A stretch of 64,000 bases of DNA from an uncultured Endomicrobiia bacterium (lineage in GTDB: Bacteria; Elusimicrobiota; Endomicrobiia; DTEH01): assembly GCA_937936785.1 (NCBI GenBank), contig CALDDQ010000006.1:68739-132738 (forward strand), read 5' to 3'. Under the pieces are notes generated by a model. That model was not told the DNA's origin. It was given only the letters and a program-made list of their open reading frames with translations, and searched no databases. Below, piece by piece: positions 59,284 through 64,000 of the stretch (positions are counted from its first letter, which is position 1; the number at the start of each line of letters is the position of its first letter). Both the position numbers and the translations under genes were made by a program.

Positions 59284-60171
59284 ATGAATTTAATCATAAA
59301 TAATAAATGTAAACTTTTAGTTCTTATACTTTTGATAATCAACTTTCATCAAACAATTTTTAGCGAAATACATCTTGGAATAATGGGTTCAGTATTAAGT
59401 CATTCCAAAAAACTTAAACAAAAATTAGACAATGAAATTGTTTATCCTGACACAGACAGCGCACCTACACTTACTATCAAATGGTGGTCAACAATAAATT
59501 CTACAAACACTTCTGACCCGACAAAATATCCTGTTCCTATAGATGAAGTTATCAATCAAGGTATGTCAACTTTTGGTACAAGAAAAGGTGGTAATCCTGG
59601 TTATAGTGACCAGATGACTTTGTGGGTTGCATCTTCCTCTTGGAAACCCATTTACGCTTTAACTGATGGTGTTGTAATTTGTCTTCATAAAGGTTATGAC
59701 CAGGACCATCAGGTAATAAAATATGGTAGAAACTGGGCTATAGAATATTGTCATTTTGCTGAAATTAGTCCTGATCTTTATATTGGAAAAATTGTTAAAA
59801 AAGGTGATTATATAGGAAGAATTGTCCCTATGAATCCAAATACCGCCGAAGGTATACCACCTAAATCAGGATATTTTGAGTATCGTTTACTTAGAAAAAA
59901 TGAAAATGGAAACTGGATTGCGGTAAACCCTTATAACCTTCTTGACGATGTTTCAAAAGAAAATATAAAACAAATCTGGTTAAAAAAAAGAAATACAACC
60001 TGGGGTAATACTGATTATTTTGGAAATCTGATTACCGATGATAATATCCATAATATGAATCTAAAAGAAATAAATAGAGATGATTTTAATTATAATTCAA
60101 GGATACTTTATAATTACTGGAATACAGATAGTTTTCATTTTCAATCAGGCTATTATGAACCACCTGAATAA
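59284..60171 (+). CDS. secreted degenerate LytM (M23 peptidase-like) domain protein lacking the HxH zinc ligands
   Basis: Signal peptide. 'DGVVICLHKGYDQ...YCHFAEISPDLYIGKIVKKGDYIGRI...GYFEYRLLRKNENGNWIAVNPYNLL' aligns to the M23 core, but HLHFE is replaced by GYFEY. Confidence 0.45.
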   Translation: MNLIINNKCKLLVLILLIINFHQTIFSEIHLGIMGSVLSHSKKLKQKLDNEIVYPDTDSAPTLTIKWWSTINSTNTSDPTKYPVPIDEVINQGMSTFGTRKGGNPGYSDQMTLWVASSSWKPIYALTDGVVICLHKGYDQDHQVIKYGRNWAIEYCHFAEISPDLYIGKIVKKGDYIGRIVPMNPNTAEGIPPKSGYFEYRLLRKNENGNWIAVNPYNLLDDVSKENIKQIWLKKRNTTWGNTDYFGNLITDDNIHNMNLKEINRDDFNYNSRILYNYWNTDSFHFQSGYYEPPE

Positions 60172-60733
60172 AATAAAAAAATATACTTTTTTAGTTTTTG
60201 TCCTTTTATTGATAACTACTTTTATTACAACAAATATCTTTTGTCTGGAAGAACCTAAAAAAATTCAACCATCGCTCTTCAAAGACAAGTTTTCTTTAGG
60301 TATTTCAATAGAAGAAACAACCATACCTTTGTTAAGAACAAAACTGCGTATAACCAATAACACCTATGCTGAAGTTAGATTCGGTGTTGCAAACGAAATG
60401 AAAGGCGAGGACTTAGTTATAGGTATCTTTCTTTATGGTGCAAGATTTTATAACACTTTAAAATTCCAGAACACAAATACAAAATTAACTTATACCAAAC
60501 TTTACTGGGGGATAGAAACTGATTACTTAAATGTGTTGCATACAAGCATAGAACTGGGAAAAGGTTACGTAATAGGTAGTTTTATTGGAGCAGAAAAATT
60601 TTTATTCAAAAATTTAACTTTAAATTTAGATATAGGTCCTTATTACTTGTATATAAAACATCCTATATTTGATAAAGAAGTAAATTCTGTTGATATAATC
60701 TTTAACCTAATGTTTAACTATTATTTATGGTAA
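60155..60733 (+). CDS. small outer-membrane beta-barrel protein (hypothetical)
   Basis: The internal Met 'MNHLNKIKKYTFLVFVLLLITTFITTNIFC' gives a signal peptide. Alternating amphipathic beta-strands. The C-terminal 'FNYYLW' aromatic terminus is typical of OMPs. Confidence 0.45.
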   Translation: MNHLNKIKKYTFLVFVLLLITTFITTNIFCLEEPKKIQPSLFKDKFSLGISIEETTIPLLRTKLRITNNTYAEVRFGVANEMKGEDLVIGIFLYGARFYNTLKFQNTNTKLTYTKLYWGIETDYLNVLHTSIELGKGYVIGSFIGAEKFLFKNLTLNLDIGPYYLYIKHPIFDKEVNSVDIIFNLMFNYYLW

Positions 60734-60786
60734 GTAAAATCTATATCGTATTAATGAATACTAAATATATCTAAAAGTTTCCTGAT

Positions 60787-61671
60787 TTATTCTAAAATAT
60801 CTGAAAAAGCTTTTATCGTATTGAAATGTACCTGTGCAGTATCGTTAACATCTACTGCATATCCACCACCGAGAGTTATAACTATTGGCAAATCTTTAAA
60901 AAATTCTTTTACCATTAAATCACGTTTATAAATACCTTCTTGTGTAATCTTTAAATTTCCTAACATATCTTTTTCATAAATATCAACCCCTGCCTGGTAT
61001 ATGCAAAAATCTGGATTCCAAATTTTAACCTCTGCCAAACCTTTTTTTAATAATTCTAAATATCTATTATCTTCTGTTCCAAATGGCAAGGAAATGTCTA
61101 AACTACTTTTTTGTTTTGGATACGGATAAATCTCTTCTTCATGAATTGAAAATGTAAAAACATTATTATCTTGTTCAAAAATTTTTGCTGTGCCATTTCC
61201 TTGATGTAAATCGCAGTCAATAATAGCAACTTTTTTTACTCCAAATTTTTGTTGTAAAATTTTTGTCGCAACAGATAAATCGTTAAAAATACAAAAACCT
61301 TCTCCATGGTCAGAAAACGAATGATGCCATCCACCACCTAAATGTATCCCAACTTTTTCTTTTAATGCAATCTCTCCTGCCATAATCGTTCCACCAACAG
61401 CATAAACCGCTGCATCTCGGATCTGTTTGTTAAAAGGCAATTCTAATCTTGTAATCTCTTCTAAACTCAAGGTTAAATTTAACACTCTTTCTACATAATC
61501 TCTTTTATGGACAATCTCTAACTCTTCTTTTGTAGCAGGACGTGATTCTATAAATTCTAAATTTTTTATTTCAGATTTTTTTAACTTATCTATCAATAAC
61601 GAATATTTCTTAGTATTGAAAGGATGTGTGCCTAAATCTATCTCATACTTTTTTGAATAAATTAGTTTCAT
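60787..61671 (-). CDS. histone deacetylase / acetoin-utilisation (arginase-deacetylase superfamily) protein
   Basis: 'IIDCDLHQGNGT' and 'FSIHEE' correspond to the Dx(D)xHHGNG and zinc-binding motifs of class I/II HDAC-like enzymes. Confidence 0.75.
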   Translation of the reverse strand: MKLIYSKKYEIDLGTHPFNTKKYSLLIDKLKKSEIKNLEFIESRPATKEELEIVHKRDYVERVLNLTLSLEEITRLELPFNKQIRDAAVYAVGGTIMAGEIALKEKVGIHLGGGWHHSFSDHGEGFCIFNDLSVATKILQQKFGVKKVAIIDCDLHQGNGTAKIFEQDNNVFTFSIHEEEIYPYPKQKSSLDISLPFGTEDNRYLELLKKGLAEVKIWNPDFCIYQAGVDIYEKDMLGNLKITQEGIYKRDLMVKEFFKDLPIVITLGGGYAVDVNDTAQVHFNTIKAFSDILE

Positions 61672-61697
61672 TATTTTATAATTTTTTCTTAAATAAT

Positions 61698-62582
61698 CTA
61701 TGATAAAAATTTTCCTCTTTTCAATAATATATACAAAATTAAATTCAAAATTCCTAATGCAACAAACCCTGCAACTCCTAAAGGGCCTATTAACAATTCA
61801 TGACCACCTTTTAACATTATTATCCCGACTCCGTACGTTCCGTTAAGCGTTCCGTGCATTATCGACGCAGCAACTACTGATTTTGATTTTAATCTTATAT
61901 AACAAAATATCGGTGTTAACAATATACACCATATTGTCATCATAAAAACACCCAACAAAGCGTGGTTAGGATAATTGTGTCCTTGTAAAATTGCTGGCGC
62001 ATGCCAAATACCCCAAATCAGTCCAATCCACAACGATATACGCCAGAAACGTCCATGGTCACCAACCATACCAAACTCTTTCACCAAAAATCCGCGCCAA
62101 CCTAACTCTTCCCCAAACCCTGCCACTGCATTAACTGTAAATCCTGCAATTAATCCTTGAAAAATGCCTAACCATATAGGATGTATTTTTAGTGATGCAA
62201 TTTGTTGTTTCATTTGTTCAACCTGTTGGAAAGTTAATCTATCAGCAAACCGTTCAAACATTCCTTCCATACCGGGCGAAAATTCTACTCCGGGAAATAA
62301 TAAACTTATCCCAAAACTTAGTAATGCAAAAATTACAGGTAAAACCCATGCAACTAAAAACCACCAGTTAAGTTTGAACGAAATCCCAAGGTCAGAAAAA
62401 TTTTCTTTATAAACTTTTTGTACAACAAAAACGCTCCATGCAGGAACAAACATATATACCAGCGCAACTATTAGCACACCGGGTGTGTTCCATTTACCGC
62501 CTAATAAATAATATACAGTTGCAATTGTCCAACTTACCCCAAACGTCAATCCTAAGAACAATCCTATCTTTTTTTTGTTCAT
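61698..62582 (-). CDS. CPBP-family intramembrane glutamic endopeptidase (CAAX protease-like)
   Basis: Motif 1 'EELGWRGF', motif 2 'FWRISLWIGLIWGIWH', motif 3 'HGTLN'. Polytopic membrane protein. Confidence 0.75.
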   Translation of the reverse strand: MNKKKIGLFLGLTFGVSWTIATVYYLLGGKWNTPGVLIVALVYMFVPAWSVFVVQKVYKENFSDLGISFKLNWWFLVAWVLPVIFALLSFGISLLFPGVEFSPGMEGMFERFADRLTFQQVEQMKQQIASLKIHPIWLGIFQGLIAGFTVNAVAGFGEELGWRGFLVKEFGMVGDHGRFWRISLWIGLIWGIWHAPAILQGHNYPNHALLGVFMMTIWCILLTPIFCYIRLKSKSVVAASIMHGTLNGTYGVGIIMLKGGHELLIGPLGVAGFVALGILNLILYILLKRGKFLS

Positions 62583-62862
62583 ATTATCTCCTTATTGTTA
62601 ATTTTTTTCCACAAATTACACATATATCATTATTATGATTTCACAAATTTTAAATTCCGTGTTAATTCGTGTCATCCATGCCTAATTTTTTTCAAAATTC
62701 TCATACTGATTCTGCCTGCGGATAAGATAAAGTACCTCATTTTTTAAGATTCTCTACCCTACAATATTTTTCAAACTTCGGACTTAGAACCTCGCACATT
62801 ATTTCTCCGACTTCCTACATCAAACTTCTCACTTCTTGCATCCTGTACCTAACTTCTGTATT
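62583..62862 (-). promoter_or_regulatory. about 280-nt 5' leader / candidate structured RNA upstream of the CPBP gene with a repeated GAAGU motif; compositionally GC-richer than its surroundings
   Basis: Plus-strand 'ACTTC' recurs (aaacttcgg, ccgacttcc, aaacttctc, cacttcttg, taacttctg). No ORF on either strand. Sits between two minus-strand genes. Confidence 0.3.
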
Positions 62863-63849
62863 CTACCAAAAATCCGTTATCCGCCTAATTTCCAACCCAC
62901 ATGCTTTCCAAATATAATCAAACTCTATCGCTAAATAAATTTTATTAACAATGGAATTGCCAAAATATTTCTTTAATAATTCAACCAAATTTTTGTATAT
63001 TTCAATCCTTATCGGGCGAGAATATCTATACTTCCCATCTGGACACAAAACCATCTCAGGCCAAACAATATTTGACTTTCTGTCAACCAATTGTTTAAAC
63101 TGTTTTTTGGTAAATCTTAGTAATGACAAACTTATTGTATGGATTTTGTCTTTATTATCAGATATTAAATCACTTGTTTTGCGAATCAATTCTTCGTATT
63201 CTGACATCATCTCTTTTATCACAATTTCTGTATTTCTGTTATCCAAATTTCTAATTATTATCGGTTCAAACCGTAACCCGAGCAGCATACCTTTGTCAAT
63301 TGCCTTAATTAAATTTTCAATTCTTTCATCAACACAAGACACAAGTGGCTCAACAGTTTTTCTTATATTTTCAGGGATTAAACTTGTGGCAAATACTACT
63401 TTCACGTTCTTATTGCCTACATTTATCATTTTTTCAACATTATTTGTCTTTGTCCTAATCTCAATTGTAACATTTTTATTATATTCACCCGCCATTGTTG
63501 ACAAAAAGTCAATTATCCCTTCTGCCAGCAGTGTATGTTCTATTGTTAGCAAACTGTCTGCTGTTTCCCCACAATTTAGATAAAAATATTTTTCATTTTG
63601 TGTCTCTATAAATTCTTCTATTTCTTTAAACAAAAAATCTTTGTTTTCGTACAAAACTGGTTTAGACGGTGTTTTTACAAAATTTAAATAACAGTATTCA
63701 CAACCTAAATTGCACGAAGTAGCATATGAAAGTATATACTCGCCCAAATCTACTATATCATTGCCATACTTGTATCTACTTATAAAACATGTCTTACGCA
63801 GATATTGTAAATTAAAATTTTTATTTTTCATTAAAAAATCATATCCCAC
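62863..63849 (-). CDS. radical SAM protein, spore-photoproduct-lyase-like (COG1533 family)
   Basis: 'SCNLGCEYCYLNF' CxxxCxxC motif near the N-terminus. 328 aa. Confidence 0.55.
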   Translation of the reverse strand: MGYDFLMKNKNFNLQYLRKTCFISRYKYGNDIVDLGEYILSYATSCNLGCEYCYLNFVKTPSKPVLYENKDFLFKEIEEFIETQNEKYFYLNCGETADSLLTIEHTLLAEGIIDFLSTMAGEYNKNVTIEIRTKTNNVEKMINVGNKNVKVVFATSLIPENIRKTVEPLVSCVDERIENLIKAIDKGMLLGLRFEPIIIRNLDNRNTEIVIKEMMSEYEELIRKTSDLISDNKDKIHTISLSLLRFTKKQFKQLVDRKSNIVWPEMVLCPDGKYRYSRPIRIEIYKNLVELLKKYFGNSIVNKIYLAIEFDYIWKACGLEIRRITDFW

Positions 63850-64000
63850 TGTTAAAAATTTCTATAACATTCCTAATTATTATTTTTACTCTTTCAGTTA
63901 AATTATTTAATTCAAAATTGTTAATTTTCAGTAATTGCTCATTTAAAATTATCTCTTTACCATTCATTAAAAAAATTTTTGGATCACGTTCTAACATTTT
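63839..64000 (-). CDS. partial ORF running off the window end (hypothetical). Its last 10 nt overlap the radical SAM gene start in another frame.
   Basis: '...MLERDPKIFLMNGKEIILNEQLLKINNFELNNLTERVKIIIRNVIEIFNSGI*'. Open to position 64000. Confidence 0.25.
   Translation of the reverse strand, partial: KMLERDPKIFLMNGKEIILNEQLLKINNFELNNLTERVKIIIRNVIEIFNSGI

Noticed and set aside
1-64000. Alternative genetic code (UGA read as an amino acid, for example code 25/4) as the explanation for the in-frame TGAs
   Set aside because: TGA is used as the terminator at numerous tightly coupled ATGA gene junctions in this window. Long ORFs (up to 4,354 codons) are intact under the standard code. One of the three lesions is TAA.

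Overview
The window is a visibly AT-rich chromosomal segment of a diderm (LPS-producing) bacterium. Almost every gene is on the minus strand, and there is a type IX secretion (T9SS) signature. I cannot assign the lineage from sequence alone.

From left to right the window contains:

1. An IS3-family element (about 45-987). Its OrfA/OrfB frameshift site is intact, but the DDE core of OrfB is internally deleted. It sits in the 3' end of a HEAT-repeat gene that also carries an in-frame TGA.

2. Housekeeping genes aroC, radA and lepA.

3. A long, tightly overlapping operon (6281-20851, minus strand). It reproduces the E. coli kdsD-kdsC-lptC-lptA-lptB-(rpoN)-hpf-ptsN-rapZ-npr synteny, with these differences:
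- lpxL is added.
- hprK and yvcK are inserted.
- rpoN is absent.
- A complete mannose-family PTS (IIA, IIB, IIC, IID) plus ptsH/ptsI replaces npr.
- A GH57 alpha-glucan enzyme is embedded between IIB and IIC with 4-nt overlaps.

4. tyrS, a NUDIX hydrolase, a nitroreductase and an MFS transporter.

5. A co-directional T9SS/signalling block (24613-47055):
- a giant adhesin-like T9SS cargo of about 4,636 codons (FN3 repeats, a DUF2341-like beta-sandwich, a 7-blade FG-GAP propeller, C-terminal sorting domain), which is split by a single in-frame TAA between its signal-peptide-bearing N-terminus and the 4,354-aa body;
- a CTD-only mini-protein;
- a PorV/PorQ-like outer-membrane barrel fused to TPR repeats;
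- a histidine kinase;
- three receiver proteins, one a REC-adenylate cyclase-STAND ATPase fusion.

6. ispG preceded by an IS200/RAYT-type element (HUH transposase flanked by two related perfect palindromes).

7. A four-gene module: P-loop kinase-like, xylose-isomerase-like TIM barrel, PfkB kinase, MTAP-family phosphorylase.

8. rho with a long leader, then tRNA-Met(CAU) driven by a perfect TTGACA-17-TATAAT promoter.

9. An OmpR-type regulator; moaA and moaC; a GGDEF diguanylate cyclase gene broken by a frameshift in a G5 run exactly at the GGDEF motif plus an in-frame TGA; and pgi.

10. A degenerate LytM (M23) protein, a small outer-membrane barrel protein, a histone-deacetylase-family enzyme, a CPBP protease preceded by an unusually GC-richer GAAGU-repeat leader, and an SPL-like radical SAM protein.

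No CRISPR array, rRNA or phage module was seen.

Three genes carry single in-frame stop codons and one carries a homopolymer frameshift. This is either real gene decay or assembly error, and is worth checking.
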